A stretch of DNA of 64,000 nt from the human T2T-CHM13v2.0 reference genome, Homo sapiens: assembly GCF_009914755.1 (NCBI RefSeq), contig NC_060929.1; one strand, written 5' to 3'. Of the stretch, positions 12,989-26,774 are shown one piece after another; within the stretch, counting starts at the first letter, position 1, and every line of letters begins with the position of its first letter. The notes under the pieces were generated by a model, which was not told where the DNA came from, ran no database searches, and was given only the letters and a program-made list of their open reading frames with translations. A program made the position numbers and the translations under genes.

Positions 12989-13180
12989 CCTCTGCCTGGG
13001 CTCGGTGGTTGTGGACACCATGACAGAGTTGCAGATGGTTAAGGCAAGGAAGAAATCAGCAATGGAGGAGGTGGTGGAGAGGGAAGCCTTGGCAGGTCTG
13101 CTGTCTGACAAGGTCTCCAACCACAGGGCAGCATCTCGAACCTTGGTCAGTAGGTTTTTATCTGGAGTTACATCTTTTTC
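12989..13180 (-). CDS. ATP10B: ATP10B coding exon (~exon 14, 192 nt): [11 protein letters not shown]...[22 protein letters not shown]
   Basis: Acceptor tctcttccag|GAA, donor AGG|gtaagg; within ORF 12938..13276. Confidence 0.96.
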
Positions 13181-16100
13181 CTGGAAGAGAAAGGCCAGAA
13201 TGAGAGTCTTTTCTGGGAAGGAAGCCCACTCCAGAAGAATCTTCACATGCCTGGGGAAAGGATGATGCAGCTTCATTGCAGTCTTGCATCCAGCATGTTT
13301 TCCTCTCCCACAGGTCTGGCCATTGCCAATTCTTATTTGAGTCCTTCCTGCCTCTCAGTGCCACATGTCCATCCATTACCAGATGCTGACAGTTCTTCAC
13401 TCTCAGTGTCTTCCCACCATTTGTGTTGCTTCCAGCCATGCTGAGACCCTCTACCCCTCAATCCTGAATTTCTGCACCAGCCTCTAAACTAATACTGTTG
13501 CCTCTCACCTTTTTTTTTCTAATCCTTCCTATGTATCACCTGCACAGTCTTCTTAAAACTCCATTTCCTCCTGGCATTCTTGACTTCAAAAAACCTTCAG
13601 GAGATATCCATTGTTAGCGTGATCAATTATTTGGCATTTAGATTCTTTCACAGTTTGCATTTTCACTCTTTATTCCCATGCTTCTCAACATGGACCCTCA
13701 GCTCAGCCTGGTGGTCTGTTTGCTGCCTCTTGGATGTATACTCCTGTATTCCTCTGATCACACTTTGCTTGAAAAATCCTCTTCTACCTACCAAAATCCT
13801 ACCTAGACTTCAATAACCATGGGAAGTCCCGCTTGTCCGTGAGATCCTATATAGCTCACAATGAAGTCTCTTTCTCCTGAACCACAATAGCAGATTCTTA
13901 ACTCAGAATGTCCACAGGAGTCAGGCATGTAAAGTGAATGAGGAAGGTGGGCCAATGTAGAGTAGAGGACATTATGGGGTGGTGGGAGCTATGAGACCTA
14001 GCAAGTCCTACCACTATCTAAAGGGTAGCTACTGCTCTGCTGAGTGTAATGCTCCAATACTGGTCTAGTTTGCCAAGTCTCTTGATTTTTCAAGATAAAG
14101 CAAAGATGATGCATGACCTATTTTTTTTTTTTCTTTTCCTCCTATTCTTCTTTGGAAGAAAAAAGAGGACGGGCTGGATCTGACCCATGGATTTCCAGAT
14201 TTTCACATCTTTCTAGAAGTTACCACTTGAACCATCCCTTTGGAATTCACTACATATTGACCTATATGTTATTTGTTGGCTTATTTTCTCTTGCTCTGGC
14301 TCCTCTATTTTACCCCAGGGATCTGATGCCAGAAAAGCTTCTCTCAGGCAGTGAGATCTTAACCAGAGCAGAGGTGGTGGTGGCAATGGCAGTGGTGGTG
14401 TCTGGTTTTGTCTATCTCCCTGCTGGCATCTTGCTTTGGCCTGTATTTTAAATTCACTTTTCTTATGTCCTTGTTTAATCTCTCTAGAGATAAGGTAAGA
14501 GCCTCAAAAATAGAGAGGTTGAGTTTTCCATGAGGCTGTATTTCCTAGAGCTCTAACTACAGCTTTTTTGAAGCAGAAGCTCAACAAATGCCAGCTCTCA
14601 ATGGTTAGATATGACAAAAGCCATTTTGCACAATGCTTTCACATAAGACCATTCCTATCAGTGTTCTGAGTTCACAGCTAAATCACGGTTTAGAAGACAG
14701 TCAATGGCTGAAAATGATAGACTGAGGGAATCTTGATTAATTTGTGCAGGGTGAAGACTGAGGGCCAATGAACTTTACCCAAGTTGAGAGTTTAAAAACA
14801 AAAACAAAAAACCCATGGGAAAAGAGCCCTCAGACTTTTCTGACTACCAAATGCAATGACTCCCAGAGGTCTGATTCTGTCCTCCCTAGGGCTGCTGGCA
14901 CAGGAGAGCCAGAGGGGAGGAAACTCAGACATACCCCACAAGAATGGAGCACACACTCTTCAAGAATACCAGCCTTCATTCTGGGTGCTCTTCAGGAGTC
15001 CACAGTCACACCCCAACTTGTTCATACCATTGTAAGAAGACAACTTCCAGAAAAAAAGTCTACTTACCAGAAGCAAGAGGGCTAATAAAACTGAATCAGA
15101 CCTACATTTCCTTCCATTGCCCTGAAAACAATTGTGTGAACCATCCATACCATGTGGTGTCATTATTTCCAAAATCCTGAGAAGGGCACACACATATTAT
15201 CCATGCTCTCTGCCTTTGACTCCAGTCTTCCTAGTAGGCGCTCACATTTGTGAAACTCTTCTTACCTTCCCAAGCAATGTCATTTATATAACCTCATCAG
15301 ATTCTTATAGTCCCAAGTTGAGATGAAATGAATCCCGACTTAACTAAAACCCATAGAGACAGGCTGATTTGACCAAAGTCGCCTAGTGAGTTAGTGTAAA
15401 GCCAGAATCAGAGCTCAGACTCCTGAACTGCTAGTCTAAGGTTTTTCATTTCTGTGGTCACAGTATGTTCTCTTATTAATATTTCTCTGCAAACTTCTAA
15501 AACCAGATTCCAGGGACCATCTAGTGTTTGTCATCAAGTCACCAACACCACTCAAGGAACTCCAAACCTATTTCTCAACAGAGTAATGACAGCTCGTATT
15601 CATGTGGTGTTTCTTATGTTCTAGTACATCCATGGCCTCGTTATATCCCTGCAGTAACATTATCTATTTAGTACCATCATCCTCCCAATTGTCTCTGTAT
15701 TTAAGATGAGGAGACTGATGCCCAAGGAAGTTGATTGTCTTGCCCAAGGTCACACAGTAAGTGGGAGGAATTCTTTCAGTTGATTTCAGTTAGTCTGACC
15801 CTAGAATTCATAATCTTAACACCTATATCAGGCAAGATCCTGCATGTGAAAGAAGTGGCCTTTGAGACTTGCTACCACCCAGGGTCTTTAGTGTCTGGGC
15901 ATCTCAAACACAATAGATGCGTTTGTATATCTAATCCTTAAGGCTCAGCAGATAGTCCATGAGAGTGATAAAAGGGATTATGGAAAATTTCATTTTTTCA
16001 GAAAATAGATTTCTTTTTTAGGGGGAGGGTACATAAATGAGATGCTGTTAAATCTTACTGCCACAGGTACCCAAGTTGAGGAACAAACTTGGAGATGTCA

Positions 16101-17187
16101 AAGCTAAATCCCCTATTTTCCTGATGCCAAAATTGAGTGTCAGAAGGAGGAAACTGCTTGAGATCACACACTGATTTAGGGTCAGAACTAGGACAGTTTT
16201 CATACCACCTGACTCCCATCCTCTTATAACACACTGCTTTGTTCCAAGCTATGCATTATGTATTTCCAAATGCTGACACAGTTAACATGCTTCAAGTTAT
16301 TTAGTCCATTTTCATTTACCCACTAGTCTGTAAGTGCTATGAGGGCAGAGACTGTCTCTGATGTGTCCCTCATGCCTGGTGGATTGTTAAGCACTCAAAA
16401 TATTTGTTAACTGACTCCTTTCTAGGATACCACAATAGCTCACCACTGATTAACTCCTGCTGTCTGTTCATTAAAACTACTCTTTTATATATTCCCATCC
16501 AATCTTGTAGCAATGCATTAAAACAAAGGCCTTCGCTGTAAAAGGCCCTGGCTCATCCTGCAGGTGCCAGGAACAGATGTCAGCTAACCTTTACCCAGTC
16601 ACCACAGACTTGTTGCCACAGGGCAAGGCTCTTCATGGCTCCTTTTGCTCCAGCCCACTGGTTTCCCATGTGGACCATTAACATTTAGAAACTTGGCACT
16701 TAGAGCACTTAGAAAGAAAGCAGTGTCCTTACCCATTGCTGACCATTGTCCAGACTATTTCTCGGAAGAAAAAGAAATATACATTTGTGGGGCCACCAGT
16801 TTTTTATGTAAGAGCTTTGTGGCAGGCAGACACTCAACTAGTTGGATTTCTTTCCATTGTAGACCATCTAAAATGCATACAAACCCCCTTTGAGGAAGCT
16901 GATTTTTGAGCTCAAACGATATCCTCAAGGGTCCTATTATCATTAGATTACACTTACTGAGAATGCATAGCATAACAAAGTCAGGCACTGGGCTAAGTGC
17001 GCTCACATCCATTATCTAATCATCCTAAGAGCACTGATATGGTTAGTATCATTCCACTTTAATTATGAAACAAGCGAGGCTCATTGAAGTTAAGTAACTT
17101 GTCCCAGGTCATAAAATCGCAGATAATGTGCTGGGACTTAAATTCGGTACTGCCTGATGCCAAAGTCTAAACCCTTTAACGCTATGC

Positions 17188-17353
17188 CAACATTTCTCAA
17201 ACTTTAACATGTACACATGTCAACTGGGGATCTCATTAAAATGCAGATTCTAATTCAGCAGCTCCGAGTGGGGCCTGAGCATTGGCAATTCTGACAAACT
17301 TTCAGGTGGTGTTCATGCTGCTGCTCCGAGGACCACAGTTGGAGTAGCAAGGG
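17188..17353. mobile_element. MER5A/B hAT-Charlie MITE
   Basis: ttctcaaacttt...taaaatgcagattc...ggggcctgag...gaccacagttggagtagcaaggg. Confidence 0.7.
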
Positions 17354-20300
17354 TCTGTGTTACATGACAACCCTACTGTTTTCATTCCTTTCTGGCTGGG
17401 ATGTGTTCCCACAATGAAGCCTGGGAAAAGTAGGCCAAACTCTACTCTGCTATTCTTCTTTCAGTTTTAATAATAACTCGCCCAAGTTCAGGTATAGCAG
17501 TTTGTTGCTACAGGAATCCAGAGAAGGAAATAAACAGGAACCCTGGTTCCTGAGCTTTGAAGAAAATCCTTCATGGCATAGTTCCTCTTATGTCTCTATT
17601 TCCTCCTCCTCCTCCTCAGATTGCACCTTTCATTCCAGCTACTCCGAAGAACTACAATTCTCCATCTTGCTTCTACAGATTGTCTCCTCTCACAACCTGC
17701 ACTCCTCATCCACTCCTCACTAGGTGGTCTCCTTATTCCTCCAGTTAATATTTACTCCTGTCTCAAAATTCAGCCCAGGGGCCAACCTTTCCAGGAAGCT
17801 TCCTTGATGCCCCAGTATGATATAGCTGCACCTCTTCTAAGCTCCTATAGCACCTCTGCAACCACACATCCCAGCCCAGAGAGCATTGTCCCATAGTCAC
17901 TGGTGCTCCTTTTGCCCCTTCATTGAGCTGTAAAATCCTGAAAGCAGGAGCAATGTTCTATTAGACTTTATGTCCCTAGTCTCTAGGACAGTATATGCCA
18001 CAGAGTAGATGCTTACTGAATGTTTGTTGACTGACCCAATAAATGAAAGGCTCTTCTAAAGAAATGTAGACACTGGCAGAGGTGGGAAGAAGCAGGCCCT
18101 TCTGTTTGTTGTTGGTGAGTGTCTCAACTGGTACAACGTCTTGGGAAGAATCAACCAGAATAAAAAAATGCACATACTGGCCAATTTAGCAATTATGCTC
18201 TAAGAATACTGTAGAGAAACTCAAACACATATATAAACAGATGATGGCTCAACCATCCAACGAATTCTAGCAGTCATTAAAAAAAATAAAAGATGAGGCA
18301 GCTCTCTATTGAATGTCTACCTGTCTGTCTACACATAGGAAATATTCTTTAAAATTCATTAGGTTAAAAAAGCACAGTCCTAAACAGTGGGAACGGTATG
18401 CTTCCACTTGTGAAGGATGTGCTTGTGTATATGCCATACTTGTCTGTTTCTGTGCACCTTTGGGAAGGACACACAGAAGCTGCTAATCGTTGTTGTGCCT
18501 GAGGTGGTGGGAAGAGAGGAGGGAGGGACACTTACTTTCCACCATCAGCTTTTGGTTCCTTTCAATTATGTAACCCTGTGGGCTATGACTATTATGGCAA
18601 CATTTTCCTGGTTGCTGGGGAGCTGGAGGCTAACACTGTTTAGGGCAGTGATGGTTTTGTCCTGTCTAAGGCTCTGGCCTTAATGACATTTAGTTTGAAT
18701 CAAGAACTGGGAAAGTCCAATGTTAGTAAATGCTCACTTAAATAGGAACACATGGATTGTTAGGGGAAGCTTTTCCCAAACGGGGCATAAGCCCAAAGAA
18801 AAAAACTCAGTGGTGAAGCAAGAAGGGAGTTTTCCAGATCTTGTCAGTTCCCACCTCTTGTGAACAGTGTCACTGAGGCTGGGTCCCCCCACCCCGATTT
18901 GAGACACTGGGGAACAAGGGGAGTACAGATAGGCTTCACTGCTTCCTGCCCTGTGTGATCACATCACTTCCAGAAAGATTCTGTGTACTTGGCTAATTAA
19001 ATCAGGACTCTTATCTAACCTTACAGTGGGAGTGTGTGTATGTGGGCTGTCCCACCGATTTGGAGCAGACTGGGAGTGCTGCATAAATCTCTTCCAAAGA
19101 AAGAAAGGCAGACCAAGATTAGTGAAAGGAGGCAGAGGTCCAATGACACCTCCTTCGCTCCTCTCTGTTGCATTCTCTTCAGAAGGGTGGGGTGGCGGGG
19201 GGGATGTCCACAAAGGAAAGCAGTGTGGAAGTTTGGAGGAGCCTAACTGGCCCCAATACAAATTTTATGATTAGGAAGATATTCTGTGGTCTGATGGCAC
19301 TGAAAAACATTCTGCAAGTGGCATTTTTACACAAAGACTCTCTGCTGAAATCTTGGCTGCGTACAGACAAGGAGAAAAAAAACCCATTTCATTTTCCATC
19401 TGCCAGTACTATTAAACATTGGCTTGGGACTCAACTCACCATTTTTATAAGTATATTACCCCCACCTTAAAGCCACAGATTTTATTGCAGGCAATTAGGT
19501 GACAATCACTGATGGTTTCTTGTTTTTTTTTGTCATAAAAGAAAAAAAAACAGCTTTTGTTGTTGCTGTTTTTGTCGATTGTTATTTTTGATTTAGAGCA
19601 AAGGGCCAAGGAAGCCAACAACTGGCTTCTTTAGAAGGTGGTAGAATGCTCCCTGGAGGTTTCAGAGGCAAATTTTGACTGAGTTCACTAAGGGAAGGTA
19701 AAGAACTGGTGATTCCAAGAGATGATCAGAACAGATTGGGTGCCAGATGGGCAGGTGCAGGAAGGCACAGAAGGCAGGTGGAAGGGGACAAGTGCAGAGA
19801 GTCTGTCAGGAGTGGGTGGGGGTGGGCACCGAGACAGCCACCTGGGGCTGCCACAGGAGCTCTCTAGGGACGGCTTCAAGGATCTGACACCAGCTAGATG
19901 TATTTGATGGGTTAGCACAAGAGTCCTTAAAGGCTGCATACTTCACTCCCTTCAGCAAATGCCTCCCAAGCTGTAGAAAGTGCCAATTTGAGCCAAGTGA
20001 AGACTCTTTCCTGGTGGGGTGATGGCCTGCTTATGGAGGGTCCCCATCTTGGCTGCTCCTTAGAATTATCAGAAATTAAAATATAAGTGCTCAGGACTCA
20101 CACAAGACCAAATATACCAGGATCTCAGGGGAGAGAGTTCAACAATTGTATTTCATGGAAACTCCCCATTTTCTCTTTATGACATCAGATATGTGAACAT
20201 TTGTTCAAGGCAGACAGCTTCCCTTTAGAAAGATCATTTAAAACTTCCATTAGGTATCTGTCTAGAACACACAATTTTAAGAATTAAATCCTCAAAATAA

Positions 20301-22723
20301 ACTCATGAGCCAGAACAATTGTCTTCATTTTAACAATGGGTAGGTTGAGGCTTCCATTTCAGTAAGCCCACCAAAGTCACAGAGCTAGTACATGGGGTAG
20401 CTGAGATGAAAACCTGACACATTAGACTCCACGTGTGCCTAATTCATAGCTGGAAGTTAGCCTGCAGGTCAGCAAAACATTATGTTATTTGATCTTTAGA
20501 ACAGCCTGGTGAGAATTGTAAGTAAAGTATTTTCAGGTGGTGAAAGAGACATAGAAGGAGGTTTAACATGTTGCTTAAGGTTACCCAGCAAGCCAGTAGC
20601 AGAACTAAAACCAGAACCTCCATTTCCTAACTCTTAGCCCAGTGCCCTTCCTCAAAACTACTCAAAAATACAATTGTTCCACTAACCCCAGATTTTTAAG
20701 TGACCTTATTACATAAGAGTATACTTAGCTGTTCATAAAAAGAACATATCACCATCTTCCCTTCACCAGGCAACAAGAATTGGAACTTAACTCGTGTCAA
20801 TTTCCTTACTGCTCCTGAATGAACTTAATCAGAACTTGCCTTTGGGACTGCCAGCCAGGGCAGGATGATGACATCTAGGATCTGGAGATAGCTCTGGGGT
20901 TAGTGTGTCCCTCTCACTGGCCATCAGCTAAAAGCCCTGCATCCAAGATTTACTGCCTGGACCAGGGATGCAGTTTTTCTGGGCTGCTGAGACTTGTCAG
21001 ACTGAACAAGGGGCAGTGAATTGATGTGACCCAACTGAGATCCACAAAGGAAAGCTTCCTTTTTCTCCCCCTCATTTTCTGGGAGAGACATACTCAGGCA
21101 TGTGGGATGCCTGTGGTATCTAGAACTGGAAGATGCCAACGACACACAGAATCTGTGCCTAATGAGAATTCACTAAGGTCATTTTACAAATATTTAAGAA
21201 AATAACTCGGGGAAGTGCATTACATTTATGGGGGCAAAATTAAGAAGGATGTAGCAATATACACACCTTGTTATTATCTCGTTTGGGAAAATAAAAAAAA
21301 CCATGAAAATCTTCCTGAAGACATCTATGGATCATTTCACTTGTGTATTTATGAAGGTCATATGTCTTAACACACTGTTCTTGCCTTATCCTTGCTAATG
21401 TTGCATTTCCGTGCATGACAATAACCCGAGAGGGAACTCAACTTTGTCCTCACCCAAAGTTAGATGAGTAATGACCCAGAACAGAGGCTCACAGTGTTTC
21501 TTCTTTGTCACAGTCAGAAAACACAGTCCTTGGTTATGAATACTAAGTAGCAATATGGAAAATGTTTTTGATATCAAGTTAAAGAAAATCCCAGCATCTA
21601 CAATTGATATGTACCATGATTACAAAAAATGTTAAATATATGTGGTTATGTGTGTGTGTATTCATGGGGGAAATAAAAGACTGGGAAAAAATTGGCCAAA
21701 AGGACCATTTTTATAATCTAATTTTCTAATAAAGGGATGGTAGCCCTTTAGGTCCCATCTGTTAGTATGTATCTCTTGTTCAAGATTGCTGGGGCTCCCT
21801 GTGGCCTCTTGTGCAAGTGCAGAGATTCCAGATGATGTGTTTTTATGTTCCCCGGAGAAAGAGTGTGTGCAAAGGAAAGAGGAATAGGACAGTGGGCAGA
21901 AGCCCTGGTCTTGCCTTGACTTCTAAGAATGCTGTGTGATCTCTGGGGAGAAACTTGGTTTTCTTTGCTTGCTACCTGGATGTTTGCTGATGGCTATCCT
22001 AGTGGATCAAATGTGAAAGGACAATACGCAGAAAGCCCCAGACCAAAGCCACAAACAGCAATGCCCATAAGGGCCGAAGGGAATTAGTTAAGGGAATGAA
22101 ATGGTCTGGGTAATCTTGACATAGATATTATTTGCTTCATAACTATTTAAAACTTATTTTTGATCACCAAAAAGTATATTCTTCCATTTTTCTTCAAACA
22201 CACATGCCTTACAGGCTTATCTGTTGTTTTTCTCCCTTATAGAAACATAAGCATAACAAATATTTCTAATTTCTCCTAACTGTATAATTTTAAAAACATG
22301 CATAATGAATATGCAGTTGCCTCCACCTCAGTGACGGGATACATAGAGAAGGTGGGTGGGGGGCTGTGATGAGCTGAAGATGGCATGCCCAGTCTAAGAG
22401 TTAGGGACCTCTCAACCCAAGCCAGTTGTTGCCATGAGGAAATGCTGGCTTAGTGTGGAGAATTTTTATAATTCAATTTTTAAAAGAGAAGCAAAAAAGT
22501 CTATATGCTTACATAAAATCTCTGATTTCTAAACATTGAACATTTCTAATGAACAAGAATTGTCTATGCCAACAAAACACATGTGTGGAGTATGTACAAA
22601 ACCAAGGGCACCATTTTGAAAGCTCTTCAGGGTTTGTACAATTTTTTCTTTTTCACATTCCAGAGCACCCTCCCTCTCTTCCCACAGAACACTTACAGTT
22701 CAAAGGCAAAAGTCAGGACTTAC

Positions 22724-22962
22724 TATGGAGCTGCTGAAGGCCACAGGAGGCTGTGAGCTTTCACGGTGCCCCATAGACCTTTGCCGGTAGTGGCCCTGGA
22801 TGGGCACCCGGGCACTCTGGCTCCTCCTCAGAGGCTGAGCACCTTTTTGGCTTCTCATAGTTGCTGGATCCTGGGCCCATCTAGCCGAGAAGGACAGGCA
22901 TTGGTATTGGGTCCACTCTTCACCATCTGAGTCCAGCTCCTTTGGGGTCTCCAGTCGCTTAG
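22724..22962 (-). CDS. ATP10B: ATP10B coding exon (~exon 13, 239 nt): (A)[16 protein letters not shown]...PPVAFSSSI
   Basis: Acceptor ctttcttgcag|CT, donor ATA|gtaagt; phases fit both neighbours; read by hand. Confidence 0.93.
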
Positions 22963-23484
22963 CTGCAAGAAAGGAGTCCTGTTATTGCACTAGTTGTACC
23001 TCGGCTGGACCATGTTGGGGAAAACCTAGACTTTGTGTGGGGGGTGGTAAGAGCATGGGAAGGGCCTATGCTACTCTGAAAAATTGGCATCTGGGCTACC
23101 AAGACTGGAGAAAGAAGGGTAAAACTAAGTCCCACAGATTCAAACTCTAGTGGACTACCTACTAGTTATGTGACTTTGAGCTTTGACATAACCTGTCACT
23201 TTATTTCCTCAGAGGTTTTTTTTTTTTTTTTTTTTAGGTTTCTAACTCATAGGGATGTTTTGAAGATTTAATGATACAATGTGTTAAAATAACTAGCATA
23301 CTCTAAGTACTGGTAATGTGGCTCTTATTATTATTACAAAGAGACCAGAAGCTCCCATGTGAATGGTCTGCTATCACCATGGCAAAGGGGATACAGCTGC
23401 TTATAATACTCTCTCCATCTTTCTCTTTCTCCATCCCTCACACTCAAAAGAATGAATACTGCTCTCTTAAGAGTTTGTTTTCTT

Positions 23485-24300
23485 CAAAAAATGGGTGAAG
23501 GATATGAACAGACACTTCTCAAAAGAAGACATTTATGCAGCCAACAAACATATGAAAAAAAGCTCATCATTACTGGTCATTAGAGAAATGCAAATCAAAA
23601 CCACAATGAGATAACATCTCACGCCAGTGAGAATAGTGATCATTAAAATGTCAGGACACAACAGATGCTGAAGAGGATGTAGAGAAACAGGAATACTTTT
23701 ACACTGTTGGTGGGAGTACAAATTAGTTCAACCATTGTGGAAGACAAAGATTCCTCAAGGATCTAGAACCAGAAATACCATTTGACCAGCAATCCCATTA
23801 CTGGGTATATACCCAAAGGATTATAAATCATTCTACTAAAGACACATGCACATGTAAGTTTATTGCAGCACTGTTCACAATAGCAAAGACTTGGAACCAA
23901 CCCCAGTGCCCATCAGCGATAGACTGGATAAAGAAAATGTGGCACATATACACCATGGAATATTATGCAGCCATAAAAAAGGATGAGTTCATGTCCTTTG
24001 CAGGGACACGGATGAACAGGAAACCATCAGCAAACTAACACAAGAACAGAAAACCAAATACTGCATGTTCTCACTCATAAGTGGGAATTGAACAATGAGA
24101 ACACATGGACATGGAGGGGAACATCACACACTGGAGCCCATCGGGGGGTTGGGGGCTAGGGGAGGGATAGCATTAGGAGAAATACCTAAGGTAGATGATG
24201 GGTTGGTGGGTGCTGCAAACCACCATGACACATGTATACCTATGTAACAAACCTGCACATTCTGCACATGTATCCCAGAACTTAAAGTATTGAAAAAAAA
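23485..24300 (+). mobile_element. 5'-truncated L1PA (ORF2 3' end + 3'UTR + polyA), antisense to ATP10B
   Basis: L1 3' sequence; degenerate TSD aagagtttgttttctt (23469-23484) / aagaatttcttttctt (24299-24314) at a TT|AAGA endonuclease-type site. Confidence 0.95.
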
Positions 24301-24737
24301 GAATTTCTTTTCTTTTCTTAGAAAGTGTGTGTGTGTGTTGTGGGGGGGTGGGGAGGGGAACGAAGTTGGGCAGATGATGGCTGAAGGAATCAGATCAGTT
24401 TTATGAGTCATATTCAGTCCATGCAAGGTAACAGTCCAGGCATTTTATAGCCCTATCTCCTAAATCAAAACTTTGCCTCAGTGACAAGCTAAGAGATCTG
24501 TTAGAATAGAAGACATCTTCTGGATGTATTAAATCTGACCATGCACCTAGACACAGACCTGCCCTGACATGTCAGGTAAGGTGGCCTGAGAAATTCCTAA
24601 GCCTTGGTTGTGTGACTGGCACACAATTGGGAAATGTCTCCAATCCATTGCTGACAGATAAAAAACTCGTCTCATAAAGTGCTTTGTCTGGCACCAGACA
24701 AAGATCAGCTGAAGGGGAACCACATATGGGATAACTT

Positions 24738-24946
24738 CTAACCTTTGTAAACAAATGAAAGTTTACAAGTAATTGGAACAGCCCTGATCTGTGACAAGGA
24801 AGACCACAGGGATACAGGAAGCAACTTGTGGAAATGCCACACAGCCTCTAAGAGAGCCAGGAGAATGTCTTTTATCTCCTCGTTTCTTAGGAGAGCAGGG
24901 TATTTCCTTTTAGAAAGAGGGATGGAGCCCTTGGGAGCTTCTATAC
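24738..24946 (-). CDS. ATP10B: Alternative C-terminus from read-through of the exon-12 donor (69 aa, GIEAPKGS...LSFVYKG*), giving a truncated ~529-aa ATP10B isoform
   Basis: Frame stays open from the exon into the intron until TAG at 24738-24740. The peptide matches a short UniProt ATP10B isoform as I recall it (not verified). Confidence 0.6.
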
Positions 24947-25199
24947 CATTTTCTTGGTGAGAATACTCGCTGCCCATGATGGTGCAACGTCGGAACACCA
25001 TCTTGTTCTCTGTCAGGGTCCCCGTCTTATCGGAGAAGATGTACTGGATCTGGCCCAAGTCCTCTGCGATGTTGAGGGCTCGACATTGAATGGATAAATC
25101 GGTCTCTTCATCATACAGGTCAAGGTCATTGCTCAAGAAGAACACTTGCCCGAGCTTCACCAGCTCAATGGAGACATACAAAGAGATGGGGATCAGCAC
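24947..25199 (-). CDS. ATP10B: ATP10B coding exon (~exon 12, 253 nt): [12 protein letters not shown]...[17 protein letters not shown]4 + phosphorylation site
   Basis: Acceptor tctcttttcag|GTG, donor ATG|gtatag; PISL and DKTGT motifs. Confidence 0.97.
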
Positions 25200-25569
25200 C
25201 TGAAAAGAGATGAGTTTCTACCATTCAGAAACCAGGCAGGTTCCCTCCCTTGGGATCCTCACTAGCAGGTAGCAAAGGCATTTCATAGAAAGTTGAGGTC
25301 AGCTCACAGGACAGACTCTCTGTGAAATTAACGGTCAATGACCTCATGCATCCCTTGGAATTCTTAGGGGAATCTGAAAAACAGGTATGTCTTCTTTGAC
25401 CAGGGATGTCTAGTCACCATTGGTTGTCTGTGACTGAGCTGGGAGGGAGTGAGAGAGACTTAGCATCTCTGTTTAGAGTCCCCTGACTCCCTTTAGATCT
25501 CTGTGCCACCAAGGGCTGCTGCCCGCTTTTATAGGTATTCAGACCTATTGTTAATTTCTCCCCACTGAT

Positions 25570-26120
25570 TCAATATCTCATATTTACCAAGTGCTTGCTG
25601 TGCATTTGATGCTGTTCTAAGTCCTGGAAATGGGAGTTAACAGAACGTAATTCCTGGCTTTGAAGAACTTGCCTTCCAGTGACAAAGAACAAACAAATAA
25701 ATATATATGAGTGGTGGTAAGTTGCATGAGGAAGAATAAAGAAAAGAGGGTAGACTGATGGCTGGGTGGGATGCTTGTAAACCATGACCTTTGAACAGAG
25801 ATATGAGGAAGTCAGGGTGTGAGTTGTGAGGTTATCTGGGGGAGGAGTGTTCCGAGCAGAGGAGAAAGCCAGGCACAGGCCTGGCAGTGGGGGTGGCGTT
25901 TGGGGAGTAATAGGGAGCAGGCCTTGCAGGTGAGTGAGGAGGGGGAGAGGGCTGCGAGGGGAGGTCAGGGAGGGAGTCAGGGTCCAGATCACTTAGGGCT
26001 TCATCAGCCACAGTAAGGACTTTGGATTCCACTTTGAGTGGATATGAAACCATGAGAGGATTCTGTACATAGGAGGGGTATGATTTAATTCGCATTTAAA
26101 ATAGATTACTCTGAAAGATG
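25570..26120 (-). mobile_element. L2 LINE fragment (approximate bounds)
   Basis: Reverse-complemented L2 3' end followed by typical L2 body sequence. Confidence 0.6.
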
Positions 26121-26774
26121 AATGGAAAATAATCACCAATAAGAGGGCAATGAAACATCCTCCAATACTACAAGAAATGGTAGATGGAGCTCCACAAAAG
26201 GAAAACTACAACTTCCCTCATCTTTTCATTGATTGTATTTTCTTAGAGACACGAAGGTTTTAAAATTCATCTCTTCATCAATTACTGTCTCACATTTGTC
26301 TCACTTTTTTCTTCTGTCCTATATTGGGCCAGTTCTGTTCTTTTCCTTCTCAATGTATCAAATGTTAAAACACTAACTCGTGATTTCTCTCTCTCAATGT
26401 TGGGGCAGAGAGTTCTCTGTCGCTCACTGTGCTACTTTATCTTCTTTTGTTCCTAGATCATTCACGTTTTATCTGTTCTGGCAAAGGGACAGGCACATAT
26501 GGGTCACTGCTGTCATCTTAAATAGAAAAGCTAATAAATATTTCCCTCCAGCTATTATCTGGGGGCAGAGTCCCCTCCACAAGGCAGGGCTGGGTCCTTA
26601 AATCACCCAAAATGTGAATACTTTCAAAGACGCACAAGAAAGCGATGACCATCTCCTCATCTCAATCCAGTTTGTACTTTCTAGTGGCCAGCACTGTTTT
26701 TTCTTTATTTTACAAAGTTGTAGGAGTTTTGGCCACATATCTTATTGGGCCCCTAGTTAGGGAGGGCTTCCTAC

